Shown here: in pieces, positions 33,856 through 43,503 of the stretch
Position numbering within the stretch: the first letter of the stretch is position 1
Layout of the letters: every line of letters starts with the position of its first letter
Assembly: GCA_937907535.1 (NCBI GenBank)
Contig: CALCID010000008.1
Span: forward strand, 15,393-79,392
Direction of reading: 5' to 3'
Length of the DNA: 64,000 nucleotides
Source of the DNA: an uncultured bacterium
GTDB taxonomy: Bacteria > Gemmatimonadota > Gemmatimonadetes > Longimicrobiales > RSA9
The notes under the pieces: model-generated
What the model saw: only the letters and a program-made list of their open reading frames with translations
Database searches by the model: none
Told to the model about the DNA's origin: nothing
Position numbers and translations under genes: made by a program

Positions 33856-36096
33856 TCAGGTGCCCGGCTCCATCGGCACCCGCACCGTGAAACGCGTGCC
33901 CACGCCGAGCTCGCTGCTCACCTGGATGTCACCGCCGAGGAGCCGGGCGAGCTGGCGGGCAACGGAGAGACCCAGCCCCGTCCCCCCCACCCGCCGGGTG
34001 GAGGATTGCTCGACCTGCCAGAACGGCTCGAAGATGCGCCCGATGTCCGACGGCGCAATGCCGATGCCGGTGTCCTCCACCAGGTAGACCGCATGACCGC
34101 CCTCCACCCGGGCGGACACCCGGACGGTGCCTTCCGGCGTGAACTTGATGGCGTTCGCCACGAGGTTCAGGAGGATCTGCCGCAGCTTGCGGGCATCGCT
34201 CCGGATCCCGATCGGGCCGCTCGGCAGCTCGACCACGAAGTTCAGCCCCCGCTCCGCAGCGACCGGCTCCATGAGCGCCATCGTCTCCCGAGCGTGATCG
34301 ATGAGATCGAACCGGTCGATCTGCACGCCTTCCCGCCCCGATTCCACGCGGGCATAGGTCAGGATCTCTTCGATGATCTGGAAGAGATGCCACGCCGCGG
34401 TCCGGATCCGGCTCACGAACGTGCGCTGCTTCTCGGTGAGCGGATCCGGGACGTGGCTGAGCAGGAGGTCCGCGTACCCGGTGATCGTGTTCAGCGGCGT
34501 CCGCAGCTCGTGACTCATCACGGCCAGGAAGTCGGACTTCGCCCGGCTCGCCTCCTGGGCGGCCAGGTAGAGCCGCGCGTTGTCCAGGGCGAGGGCCGCG
34601 CGCCGCGCCACCTCCTCGGCGAGCGCCTGCTCCTCGGGCCCGAACGATCGCCCGGACTCCGCCATGTTCAGCATCAGGGTGCCAAGCGTGTGACCGCGGG
34701 CGACCAGCGGGACGACAAGGATCGAGCGGGGCGCCAGCGCATGGATGAGCTCCCGGTGCCGGTCCCCCGTCACCGTCTGCTCGACGATGCCCGGCGTCAC
34801 CTGCGCGGCCAGCGTCGGCTGTCCGGACCGAAGCGTCTGCGCGATCAACGACTGGCCGGTCGGATCCGGCGGGTAGCGCAATAGCTCCTTCACGAGCGCG
34901 TCCCGCTCCGGGTCCGCGTGCGCCGCCGCCACCCGCCGGATCTCGCCGTCTTCCTCCACCACGTCCACCAGGCAGTAGTCGGCCAGCATCGGCACGACCT
35001 TCTCCGCCACCGTGGTCAGCGTCGTGGAGACGTCCAGCGACGTGGCCAGCGCGCTGCTCACCTCCGCCAGGAACCGCGATCGCCGCTCCGCCGACTCCGC
35101 CGCCGTGCGCGCCGCGTGCTCCCGGACCAGCCGACGCCGGTTCTCCTCCGCCCGGATCCGCTCCGAGATGTCCCGCGTCACCGAGATCACCTCGGTCGGC
35201 TTCCCGGTGACCGGGTCCCGGAGCGTCCGGCTCGTCGACTCGAACCACGCGTATTCCCCATCCTTGCGCCGCAGCCGGAAGCTCGACACGTGCGTGACCG
35301 GCAGCTCCAGGATCGTGGAGCGCAGCTTGATCAACGCGCTCAGGTCCTCCGGATGCAGGAGCTGCGTCACCCGCGTGCCCACGAGCTCCTCGGGCTCGTA
35401 GCCCAGCAGCGTCCGGCACACAGGCGATGCGTACAGACAGATCCCGTGACGGTTGTGGCGCGTGATGATGTCCGTCGAGTACTCCGCGAGCACGCGGTAG
35501 CGCGCCTCGCTCTCCCGCAGCGCCTCCTCCCCACGCCAACGAAGGATGGCGGCGCCCATCGTACGCGCCGCCACCCAGAGCGCCTCGATCTCCGCTGGGG
35601 TCCAGTCCCGCTCCCGGGTGCATTCGTCGAACCCCATGAACCCCCACCACTCCGACCCGATCAAGATCGGCACCACGAGGATCGACCGGATGTCCTGTGC
35701 CTCCAGCAACGCGCGCTGCTGCGGCGGCAGATCTCTCACGTGGGCGGCCAGCGCCTCGCCCCGGCCCAGCACCTCGATCCAGCTCCCGAACCCGGCTTCG
35801 TGGTACCGGCTCTCCTGGAGCTCAGGATTGCCGATCTGCGGCGTCACGCCGGGACGTACCCACTCGAACCGCTGGCTCGCCACCAGCTCCCCCGACTCGT
35901 CCAGGTGGTTCTCGAAAATGTACGCCCGGCTGACGCCCATCGCCGTGCCGAGGCTCTCGAGCACCTCCGGGACGCACTCCGTCCAGTGCGCCGCGCGCAA
36001 CAGCCGCTCGGCGGTCAGCGCGATCGCCCTGAGAATTGCCGCGCTTGTCGGTGCTTGAGCGGGCCAGGATCGCTCGGTGGTCGGAGATTCGGCCAT
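33856..36096 (-). CDS. Cytoplasmic multi-sensor histidine kinase (GAF-PAS-GAF-HisKA-HATPase)
   Basis: 746 aa. It has a PAS-like segment (EARYRVLAEYSTDIITRHNRHGICLYASPVCRTLLGYEPEELVG) and the H-box FLAVMSHELRTPLNTITGY. The N, G1 and G2 boxes are LLNLVANAIKFT, EDTGIGI and GGTGLGLSVARQLARLLGG. Confidence 0.95.
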   Translation of the reverse strand: MAESPTTERSWPAQAPTSAAILRAIALTAERLLRAAHWTECVPEVLESLGTAMGVSRAYIFENHLDESGELVASQRFEWVRPGVTPQIGNPELQESRYHEAGFGSWIEVLGRGEALAAHVRDLPPQQRALLEAQDIRSILVVPILIGSEWWGFMGFDECTRERDWTPAEIEALWVAARTMGAAILRWRGEEALRESEARYRVLAEYSTDIITRHNRHGICLYASPVCRTLLGYEPEELVGTRVTQLLHPEDLSALIKLRSTILELPVTHVSSFRLRRKDGEYAWFESTSRTLRDPVTGKPTEVISVTRDISERIRAEENRRRLVREHAARTAAESAERRSRFLAEVSSALATSLDVSTTLTTVAEKVVPMLADYCLVDVVEEDGEIRRVAAAHADPERDALVKELLRYPPDPTGQSLIAQTLRSGQPTLAAQVTPGIVEQTVTGDRHRELIHALAPRSILVVPLVARGHTLGTLMLNMAESGRSFGPEEQALAEEVARRAALALDNARLYLAAQEASRAKSDFLAVMSHELRTPLNTITGYADLLLSHVPDPLTEKQRTFVSRIRTAAWHLFQIIEEILTYARVESGREGVQIDRFDLIDHARETMALMEPVAAERGLNFVVELPSGPIGIRSDARKLRQILLNLVANAIKFTPEGTVRVSARVEGGHAVYLVEDTGIGIAPSDIGRIFEPFWQVEQSSTRRVGGTGLGLSVARQLARLLGGDIQVSSELGVGTRFTVRVPMEPGT

Positions 36097-36336
36097 CTTC
36101 CTGTCCTCCGCGGGCGCTGCGGGCGCGATCTGGCCTGAATGCCGGGATGGACGCTACGGCTATGAATAATGAAGTCGGACCTCCCACGCCACAGGGTCCG
36201 CCCGCGGCGCTCCGGGTCCTTGCTCGGGTGGAGCCGGAATGGGTGCGCGGCGAAACGCCGCCCGGCCTCGGGGCGGCCTCACCGTCTCACGAGCAACGGC
36301 CCCGTGCCACGAGCACGAGTCTCGCGTCGGACCGGG

Positions 36337-36834
36337 TCATCGCCGGTGGTCGGGGCGATACCCGCCGTAGCCCCAACGGGCGCCAGGACCGCGTTCGCCG
36401 GCGCGTCCTCCGCCCCGGAAGCCGCGTTCGCCTGCGCCTCGCCCGCCGCCAGGATACCGCCTGCCCGGTGGTCCTGCGTACCCTTCATCGTACCGGGCGA
36501 CGTCGCGGCCGCGCGCTCCACGCGCCCGGCTGCCCTCCCCGCGCAGCCAGTCGTCGTATTCGGCGAACCCCGTTGGACGGCGCTCACCCCGTGCCCCCCG
36601 GTCTTCGCGCGGATCGAACGTCCGACGCGCGCCGTACGGCCATGGATAGCCGAAGGCGGCGGGTCGGCCGTGCCATTTCTGGTACGGCCAGCGGTGGAAG
36701 AAGGGCCGGCCGTACGCCGTGTCCGTGGCCCGACGGCTGCGCTGGCGCCGGTCTCCCCGCGCGCCGCCCGACCCGTGCGGCGCGTGCCATTCCCCGCGCC
36801 CCTCGCGCCGGTGGGGACGCTCTCCACGTGCCAT
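36337..36834 (-). CDS. Possible Arg/Gly/aromatic-rich low-complexity protein (uncertain)
   Basis: 165 aa, rich in RG/RGG and W/Y/F. Third-position GC is high, but the antisense plus-strand frame also scores high because of the Arg/Gly codons, so the frame call is not secure. Confidence 0.35.
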   Translation of the reverse strand: MARGERPHRREGRGEWHAPHGSGGARGDRRQRSRRATDTAYGRPFFHRWPYQKWHGRPAAFGYPWPYGARRTFDPREDRGARGERRPTGFAEYDDWLRGEGSRARGARGRDVARYDEGYAGPPGRRYPGGGRGAGERGFRGGGRAGERGPGARWGYGGYRPDHRR

Positions 36835-36970
36835 GGCGTGCTCCGATCACGATCCAACAGGTCCCGCGCCGGACGCAACGAGGGCGGCCCGCCGCGCAAC
36901 CGCGACGACCGCCCTCTCGGGATGGCGCAAGAACCGTGCTGGAATCGGATCGAGCCGCGGCCCGTGCCCC

Positions 36971-37423
36971 TCACTCCAGCACCGTGACCGGGATCGGCGG
37001 AGACCGGAATTCCAGGTGCCCGGTCCCGACGCTGCCGTGCATCAGGCGGAATTCGAGGGTGGTCGAGCCGGGCGCGATCCCGCGCAGCCGGCCCGTGAAC
37101 GCGCCGGGCCCGTCTTGCAGGAATTGCACGATCCCCTCGTCGGCAGACTCCACCTCCACGTAGTAGTCGTCCGTGTCGATGGGATCGCCGTCGTGGTCCA
37201 CGAAGGTGATGGTGATGACGTCCGATTCCTGCCCCGCCGCCACCGTGAGGGAGCCATCCACGTCGCCGTGCTCATCCACGGTCACCACCACCACGCCCCC
37301 GACCTCGAGGTTCATCCCCTCCGGCTCCTCATGCGGGTGCGGCTCGACCGGGTTCTCCAGACACGCGCCCATCGCCAGCAGAGCGCCGCCCACGAGCAGC
37401 GCCGGAATCCGTTTCCGAATCAT
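36971..37423 (-). CDS. Lipoprotein with Ig-like (Big_2-like) domain, His/Asp/Glu-rich
   Basis: Start at the ATG at 37423 (MIRKRIPALLVGGALLAMGAC, containing a lipobox). It contains HPHEEPEG, DEHGDVDG and FVDHDGDPIDTDDYY. The C-terminus GRLRGIAPGSTTLEFRL resembles Big_2. It lies directly downstream of a TBDR gene. Confidence 0.65.
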   Translation of the reverse strand: MIRKRIPALLVGGALLAMGACLENPVEPHPHEEPEGMNLEVGGVVVVTVDEHGDVDGSLTVAAGQESDVITITFVDHDGDPIDTDDYYVEVESADEGIVQFLQDGPGAFTGRLRGIAPGSTTLEFRLMHGSVGTGHLEFRSPPIPVTVLE

Positions 37424-37514
37424 GATTCGATCTTTCATTCCGACCAACCGACCGCGCCGGCGGTATCCCCGCCCACGGGCGCTCACCCGGACCGCCGGCC
37501 CATAGTCCCCGATA

Positions 37515-39761
37515 TCAGAAATTGACCCGGTAGAACACGCTGAGGCTGCGCCCCGCTTCGGGCATGATCGACTTCACCCGCGAGAGGTGCTCCCGGTAGG
37601 TGGCGTTCGTCAAATTGTCCACCCGCGCCGTCACCGAGTGGATTCGCCCGAAGGCCATCCATCGATACCCGGCCGAAGCATCCAGCACGGTGAACCCGGC
37701 CGTCGGCTCTTCGAACTCGCCCGTCCGGTCCTGGCGGGCGGCCATTCGCGCGCCGAGCCGCGCGAAATACCCCGGCGTCTCGTACTTCACCGCGAGCTGC
37801 CCGTTCAACGGCGGGATGAACGGCAACGGCTGATCGTTGGCCCGGAGCGAGCCCCGCACGTAGGAGCCGCTCCCCTCGACCACCCAACCGCCCCGCAGAT
37901 TCCACTGGAGGCTCCCCTCGACCCCCTCGAGCAGCGCATCCTGGCCCGTGAACTGATAGATCGGCAGCCCCGTCCGGCTGAGCTCCCCCGTGTTTCGCGG
38001 GTAAATGTACGCATCGATCGCGTTCCGGAACGCCGCGAATTCCGCCTGCACCTTCTCGGACGAGTAGCGCGCGAAGACATCCAGCCCGAAGCCGATCTCT
38101 TCTTCCAGGTCCGGGTTCCCGACCTCGAACGAATAGACGGCCAGGTGCGGCCCCTGCGAGAACAGCTCGGTCACGTCCGGCGTGCGGAATGCGCGCGCCG
38201 CACTCACGCCGACGTCCAGTGACGGGGTCAGGGCGTACAGCACCCCGACCGAGCCGGACAGCGAACCGAAGCTCCGGGCCCGGATCTCGCCGATGCCCGC
38301 GGACGTCGAGACCTCGCCCGGCTCGATGCGCCGCCAGTCGTAGCGTGCGCCCACCTGGAACCGGAGGGGCTCCACGTCGAATTCCTCCAGCCCATAGACC
38401 GCGAAACCGTGCTCCACGGCCGGCGGCGTGGAGGAATGGCCGCCCGCCGCGAAATCCCGCCACTGCGCCTGGATCCCGATCGCGCCGTGACTGAACGGCC
38501 CGAGCCCCTCGTGCCGCGCCAACACGCCGCCAACCGCGGAGAGCTGTCCGAACTCGGTGCCGAGCGAACCGTCCGCCTCCAGCTCCCGGTGGTGGTAGTA
38601 GCTGTAGATGCCATCCACATCGAGGGACGAGAACGGGCCGATCCCGTCCCGGAGCTTCAGCTCGCCCCGCACCGTGTGGCGCCGCATGCGGATGCGCACC
38701 CCTTCCTCGTGGGCGCCCACGAAGCCGCCGGGAAGCCCGTATTCCGAGTCGTACAGCCGGTACGCTCCACCCAGGTGCCCCCAGTTCCCCACCCATGCGG
38801 AGCCGGCGCTCAGGCTGTACGTGTCGTACGACGTGTTCTCCAGCATGCCCGCCGGCGTGCGCATGTCGCCGCCCGTCCGGCCGGTCGCCTCCGCCCGCCA
38901 TGCCAGCGAGCCGACCGACCCGGACACCGTGCCGCCACCGGTCACCCCCCGGTTCATGCTCTGCGCCTGGAGGCTCACGGACCCGTGCACCGCATCGGTG
39001 AGCGAGCCCGGCACCTCCTCGCGGATCACGTTCACCACGCCGCCGAGCGCGTTGCTCCCGAAGAGGAGCGCGGCCGGCCCCCGCACCACCTCCACCTGCT
39101 TGGCCGTCACCGGCTCGATCGCCACCGCGTGGTCCGGCGTGCTCGCGGAGAGATCCCCCACCCGGCCGCCATCTTCGAGCACCAGGATCCGGTCCCCGCC
39201 CATCCCCCGGATCACCGGCCTCGCCGCGGCCGGGCCCGTGGACACCGCGCCCATCCCCGGTTCCCCCGCGACCGTGGCCGCGATCGTGACGTCCAGTTTC
39301 CGCGTCAGCTCCTGCCCCGAGATCACGTGCGCCGGCCGGAAGCTCTCCGCCTCGGTATGCGCGCCGATCGCGCCTGTCACCATCATCCCGGGCAGGTCGA
39401 TCGCCGTCGTCTCGAGCCGCACTTCCAATACGGGCGTGTCCAGGCCGTCGACCTCCACGGTCAACGTCTCCCGCCGGTAGCCCAGCCGCTCGATCACCAC
39501 GGTGTAGCGCCCGGGCGGAACCCGCAGCAGTTGGAAGCTCCCATCCGCGTGCGTCACATCGGTCCGGCGAAGCTCCACGACCTGGACGATGGTGCCCGGG
39601 AGCGGATGACCGCTCTCCGCATCCACCACCACCCCCCGGATCGCTCCACTGTCCGCCGGTGCCGCCGCCGAACGGTCGAACGCTGCCGCCGGCCGGGCGG
39701 CAAGGCCGACCGCAGCCAGGATGGCCAGTATCAGGAGGATTCGCGATGCTGCACAGTGCAT
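37515..39761 (-). CDS. TonB-dependent receptor with CarboxypepD_reg domain
   Basis: Start at the ATG at 39761 (MHCAASRILLILAILAAVGLAARPAAA, a signal peptide). It contains IRGVVVDAESGHPLPGTIVQVVEL...GSFQLLRVPPGRYTVVIERLGYR, and a plug domain (IRGMGGDRILVLEDGGRVGDL...VEVVRGPAALLFGSNALGGVVNVI). It ends in ...SVFYRVNF. Confidence 0.9.
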   Translation of the reverse strand: MHCAASRILLILAILAAVGLAARPAAAFDRSAAAPADSGAIRGVVVDAESGHPLPGTIVQVVELRRTDVTHADGSFQLLRVPPGRYTVVIERLGYRRETLTVEVDGLDTPVLEVRLETTAIDLPGMMVTGAIGAHTEAESFRPAHVISGQELTRKLDVTIAATVAGEPGMGAVSTGPAAARPVIRGMGGDRILVLEDGGRVGDLSASTPDHAVAIEPVTAKQVEVVRGPAALLFGSNALGGVVNVIREEVPGSLTDAVHGSVSLQAQSMNRGVTGGGTVSGSVGSLAWRAEATGRTGGDMRTPAGMLENTSYDTYSLSAGSAWVGNWGHLGGAYRLYDSEYGLPGGFVGAHEEGVRIRMRRHTVRGELKLRDGIGPFSSLDVDGIYSYYHHRELEADGSLGTEFGQLSAVGGVLARHEGLGPFSHGAIGIQAQWRDFAAGGHSSTPPAVEHGFAVYGLEEFDVEPLRFQVGARYDWRRIEPGEVSTSAGIGEIRARSFGSLSGSVGVLYALTPSLDVGVSAARAFRTPDVTELFSQGPHLAVYSFEVGNPDLEEEIGFGLDVFARYSSEKVQAEFAAFRNAIDAYIYPRNTGELSRTGLPIYQFTGQDALLEGVEGSLQWNLRGGWVVEGSGSYVRGSLRANDQPLPFIPPLNGQLAVKYETPGYFARLGARMAARQDRTGEFEEPTAGFTVLDASAGYRWMAFGRIHSVTARVDNLTNATYREHLSRVKSIMPEAGRSLSVFYRVNF

Positions 39762-39871
39762 GTCACGCCTTCGGACTCGAGACACGTGATGGACCACGCC
39801 CTGCCATGTCGGCAAAGGACCGCACCACGGCACCGATCACGGCAGCCGTGCGGCGGGTTCTGTCTTCGGGT

Positions 39872-40222
39872 TCAGGCCAGCGGTGGAGCCCGCGGACGTA
39901 GCGCGCTCCGGAGAGTCGAGTCGTGGGGCGCGTGGCTAGGGGGCGGAGCCGCCCCGATGGTGGTGTCGCTCGTCGCGGCCGGCGCAGTCACCGGAGGCGC
40001 TGCCCAGAGGTCCAGGCCGCTCAGCCGACAGAGTTGGCAGACGACGTGGTTGTGCCCGGGCGACCCGGGCGCATCGTGATCGGACTCGATGTGCACCGTC
40101 GCGCTCGGCGGGACGATCCTGGACAGGATCGCGTCCGCCACCGGAACCACGCCCATCACTCCGAGATGCAGGAGGAGGACGGCCAGCGTCAGGAACTGGC
40201 TCAGCGTGGATCGATTCCGCAT
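39872..40222 (-). CDS. Small membrane protein with an HNHVVCQLC motif (possibly DUF2946-like)
   Basis: Start chosen at the ATG at 40222 (MRNRSTLSQFLTLAVLLLHLGVMGVV, one TM helix). It contains SDHDAPGSPGHNHVVCQLCR. It lies immediately upstream of a TBDR. The family assignment is from memory and is weak. Confidence 0.45.
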   Translation of the reverse strand: MRNRSTLSQFLTLAVLLLHLGVMGVVPVADAILSRIVPPSATVHIESDHDAPGSPGHNHVVCQLCRLSGLDLWAAPPVTAPAATSDTTIGAAPPPSHAPHDSTLRSALRPRAPPLA

Positions 40223-40356
40223 GCGACGGTCTGCGTCACCCGGTTCTGACTCCCCCGGCCGGCCGCCGTGGCCGGCCCGATTGCATCGCGAGCGCCCGCA
40301 CAGCCCGGCGCCGCCGAAAGCGTCCACAATCGCGACCGCGTGCCGGCGCTGAGCGC

Positions 40357-41376
40357 TCATCCCCGGTAGTAGGTGAGCCCCATCGCCGACCGGACTCGAT
40401 CCATGGTGTCCTCGGCGAGCGACCGCATTCGGCGGTTGCCCTCCCGCAGGATCTCCTCGACCAGGCCGGATCGCGCCTCATAATAACGCCGCCGCTCCCG
40501 GAAAGGTTCCAGGAACGCATTGAGCGCCCTCGCGAGCCGCTCCTTCACCTCCACGTCTCCGACCCGCCCCCGGCGGTACCGCTCCTTGAGCTCCTCGACC
40601 TCGGCCACGTCCGGATTGAAGTGGTCGTGGTACACGAACACCGGGTTCCCCTCCACCTGGCCAGGCACGTCCGCCCGCACCCGGCGAGGATCCGTGTACA
40701 TGCGCATCACGCGCTCGCGCACCCGCTCCGGGGGATCGGACAGCAGGATCGCGTTGTCCAGGGATTTGGACATCTTATGCCGCCCGTAGATTCCCGGCAA
40801 TACCGGGGCGTCCCGCACCAGCGGCTCGGGGAGCGGGAACACCGCGTCGTACATCCCGTTGAAGCGCCGCGCCAGCTCGCGGGTCAACTCCACGTGCGGC
40901 AGGTTGTCCCGCCCGACCGGGACCAGGTCCGCCCGCGCCAGCAGGATGTCCGCCGCCTGGAGCACCGGGTAGCTCACCAGCCCGAGCGACAGGGCCTCCA
41001 TGTGTGCGGCCTCCGCCATTTCCCGCAGCGTCGGCATCCGCTCCACCCGCGGCAGCGAGACCAGCATCTCCAGGATCAGGTGCAGCTCCGCCGTCTGTGG
41101 AACCGCCGACTGCACGAAGATCGTGCACAGCTCCGGGTCGATCCCGCACGCCAGGTAGTCCAGCACCATCTCCCGGATGTTCTCGGGCAGCTCCCTCACC
41201 GCCGCACGCTCCGGCCGCGTGGTCAGCGTGTGCAGGTCCGCCACGATGATCATGCAATCGTGTTCGGCCTGCAGCCGGACCCGTGCCGCGAGGCTCCCGA
41301 CCCAATGCCCGAGGTGCAGCCTTCCCGTGGGGCGGTCGCCCGTGAGGACCCTGCGTCGGCCCGTCGGTGTGCTCAT
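40357..41376 (-). CDS. trpS: Tryptophan--tRNA ligase
   Basis: Start at the ATG at 41376 (MSTPTGRRRVLTGDRPTGRLHLGHWVG, containing a HIGH-like motif). It has KMSKS, and VSYPVLQAADILL. Confidence 0.95.
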   Translation of the reverse strand: MSTPTGRRRVLTGDRPTGRLHLGHWVGSLAARVRLQAEHDCMIIVADLHTLTTRPERAAVRELPENIREMVLDYLACGIDPELCTIFVQSAVPQTAELHLILEMLVSLPRVERMPTLREMAEAAHMEALSLGLVSYPVLQAADILLARADLVPVGRDNLPHVELTRELARRFNGMYDAVFPLPEPLVRDAPVLPGIYGRHKMSKSLDNAILLSDPPERVRERVMRMYTDPRRVRADVPGQVEGNPVFVYHDHFNPDVAEVEELKERYRRGRVGDVEVKERLARALNAFLEPFRERRRYYEARSGLVEEILREGNRRMRSLAEDTMDRVRSAMGLTYYRG

Positions 41377-41525
41377 GGGCTCTCCGTCGTTGGCGCGGTC
41401 GTGTTCCAGGGCCGGCATCCGTCCCGGCACCCCGTGGAGGCGGCGCTACGCGACGTCGCCTCGGGTACCCCGCGCGGCGCCCCGCGACGTCGCATGCCCC
41501 TCGACCCACCGGGCGCCGGTCCCGA

Positions 41526-42737
41526 TCACGCCGCGCGGCGCTCCTCTCCCCGCTCCTCTTCCCGCTCCTCCGGGCCCGGGCCGAGCCACTGCCGGATCGC
41601 CGTGGTCCGCACCGCCCAGTCCGGCAATCTCACCACGTACGCCGCCCGCCGCGCCAGCGCCGCCGCCAGCCCGTCCAGCACCACACCCCGTACATCCGCG
41701 ATCGCCGCGCCCCGGCTGACCCGCAGGAAGTCCCCCTGGTGGTTCAACCGGTACTCCCGCTGCGCGAGCCCCGTGGTGAGCCAATCCCGCACGTTCGCGG
41801 CGCATACGTCCGCCTGCTGGAGCGCCGCCTGCGCCGTGTCCGGGATCGGCGAGCCGACCGCCCGGCCCGGGTAGCTGATCGCGTCGCCCAGGACGAACAC
41901 GTACGGATAGCCCGGAAGCTGCAGCGTCCGCTCCACCCGCACACCGTGACGCCCGTGCCACTCCGCCGGCAGGTTCCGGAGCAGCGGGCTCGGCTGGATC
42001 CCCGCCGTCCACGCGACGACAGCCGCGTCGAACCGCTCCGTCTTGCCACCCTCCCGGAACGTGACCCCCAGGTCGTCCACCTCCAGCACCCGCACGTCCG
42101 TGCGCACCCGGATCCCGGCATCCCGGAGCTTCGACCACGCCATCTTCCGCAGCCCATCCGACATGCCGCCCAGGATGTCGCCCAGCGCCTCCAGCACCAC
42201 GACCTGCTCGCCGCCGCCCCCTTCCCGACCCAGCAGCTCCGACAGCGCGAACGCCAGCTCGATCCCCACCACCCCGCCCCCCACCACGCACGCCGGCTGC
42301 GTCCCGCCAGCCCACGCCCGCACCCGCAACGTGGTCCGCAGCCGCTCCGCATCCTCGAACGAGTAGAAGGGCAGCCCGTGCTGCTCCGCACCCTTCACCC
42401 CGTGGAAGGCCGGAACCGACCCCGGCGCCAGGACCAGCACGTCGAACCCGATCGTGCGCCCGCCCGCGAGCCGGACCTCCCGCGCGCGCACGTCCACGGC
42501 CGACACTTCGCCTCGCACCACCTCCGCCTCCCCCTCCGGCACCAGCGTCTCCAACCGCGGCGCCACCACATCCGGGTCCAGCTCGCCCGCCAGATACTCG
42601 TACAGCAGCGGCGTGAACACGAACCGGTCCCGCCGGTCGATCGCCGTCACCCGGACCCCCTCCGGGCGGTCATCCAGGAACTTCCGGAGCGCGTACAGCC
42701 CTCCGAACCCGAGCCCCACGAAGACTACGTGCGCCAC
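41526..42737 (-). CDS. ndh: Type II NADH dehydrogenase (NDH-2) family FAD-dependent oxidoreductase
   Basis: GTG start at 42737 behind a GGGAGG RBS. It contains VVFVGLGFGGLYALRKF (FAD-binding GxGxxG) and a second Rossmann motif, VVGGGVVGIELAFAL. The upstream part of the track ORF is rejected. Confidence 0.9.
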   Translation of the reverse strand: MAHVVFVGLGFGGLYALRKFLDDRPEGVRVTAIDRRDRFVFTPLLYEYLAGELDPDVVAPRLETLVPEGEAEVVRGEVSAVDVRAREVRLAGGRTIGFDVLVLAPGSVPAFHGVKGAEQHGLPFYSFEDAERLRTTLRVRAWAGGTQPACVVGGGVVGIELAFALSELLGREGGGGEQVVVLEALGDILGGMSDGLRKMAWSKLRDAGIRVRTDVRVLEVDDLGVTFREGGKTERFDAAVVAWTAGIQPSPLLRNLPAEWHGRHGVRVERTLQLPGYPYVFVLGDAISYPGRAVGSPIPDTAQAALQQADVCAANVRDWLTTGLAQREYRLNHQGDFLRVSRGAAIADVRGVVLDGLAAALARRAAYVVRLPDWAVRTTAIRQWLGPGPEEREEERGEERRAA

Positions 42738-42890
42738 GCCGTACCTCCCTCGTGCGCCCTCCGCTCGACCGATGCCGGACCCCTGCCCCAGCGTGCAACT
42801 CGCGTTCCGGGCAGCCCACCCCCGCCTCACCCCCGGAACACATGTTGCATCGTCCCCCGGTCCATCACCCCACCATCCCCGGAGGTAACC

Positions 42891-43409
42891 ATGGCCATCA
42901 ACTCCCTGCAGGACGTCTTCCGTCATGGCCTCGGCGACATCTACGACGCCGAGCAGCAGCTCCTCTCCGTCCTGGACCAGATGGAGACCGAGACCCAGGA
43001 CACCTCCATCCGGGACCGGATCCGGAAGCACCGGGACGAGACCCAGCACCAGATCGAGAACCTCGAGCGCTGCTTCGAGTTGATCGGCGTGGATGCGCCC
43101 CGCGTCCAGTGCGCCGCGATCCGCGGACTCCGCGACGAAAAGCGCACCTTCCAGCAAGAGAACCCCTCCCCCCAGGCCCTCGAGGCCTTCAACCTGGACG
43201 CCACGAGCAAGACCGAGCATTACGAGATCGCCGCGTACCGCGGGCTGATGAACCAGGCCAAAGCGCTCGGACAGGAGGACGTGCGCCGGCTCCTGGAGCA
43301 GAACCTCCGGCAGGAAGAGGAGATGAGCCGCTGGATCGAGGAGTGTCAGCCGAAGGTCCTGAGCGAGATGCAGGCCGCCCGTGGCGGCCGGAGCGGCCGC
43401 GCAATGTGA
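42891..43409 (+). CDS. Ferritin-like DUF892 (YciE/YciF-type) protein
   Basis: 172 aa with a GGAGG RBS 5 nt upstream. LQDVFRHGLGDIYDAEQQLLSVLDQMETETQD...HRDETQHQIENLERCFELIG resembles the YciE/YciF family. Confidence 0.85.
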   Translation: MAINSLQDVFRHGLGDIYDAEQQLLSVLDQMETETQDTSIRDRIRKHRDETQHQIENLERCFELIGVDAPRVQCAAIRGLRDEKRTFQQENPSPQALEAFNLDATSKTEHYEIAAYRGLMNQAKALGQEDVRRLLEQNLRQEEEMSRWIEECQPKVLSEMQAARGGRSGRAM

Positions 43410-43470
43410 GCCGCTGCCACGCCCAAACCGCGGCGCCGCCGTGCCGCCGGCAGCTCACGCCCCGCGACAC

Positions 43471-43503
43471 GAAGGCCCGAGCGGCGTTGCCGCTCGGGCC
43501 TTC
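43471..43503 (+). terminator. Hairpin terminator after the DUF892 gene
   Basis: A perfect 15-bp stem (gaaggcccgagcggc / gccgctcgggccttc) with a 3-nt loop, about 60 nt after the stop. The downstream T-run is weak (TCACCTT). Confidence 0.55.

Noticed and set aside
36169-36987. 272-aa plus-strand ORF
   Set aside because: It is antisense to the RG-rich ORF, and its translation is Pro/Ala/Arg-rich with no structure. I kept only the minus-strand candidate, at low confidence.
42738-43220. N-terminal extension of the NDH-2 ORF (564-aa version)
   Set aside because: It is antisense to the DUF892 gene. A GGGAGG RBS and a GTG at 42737 sit right before the FAD-binding GxGxxG motif.
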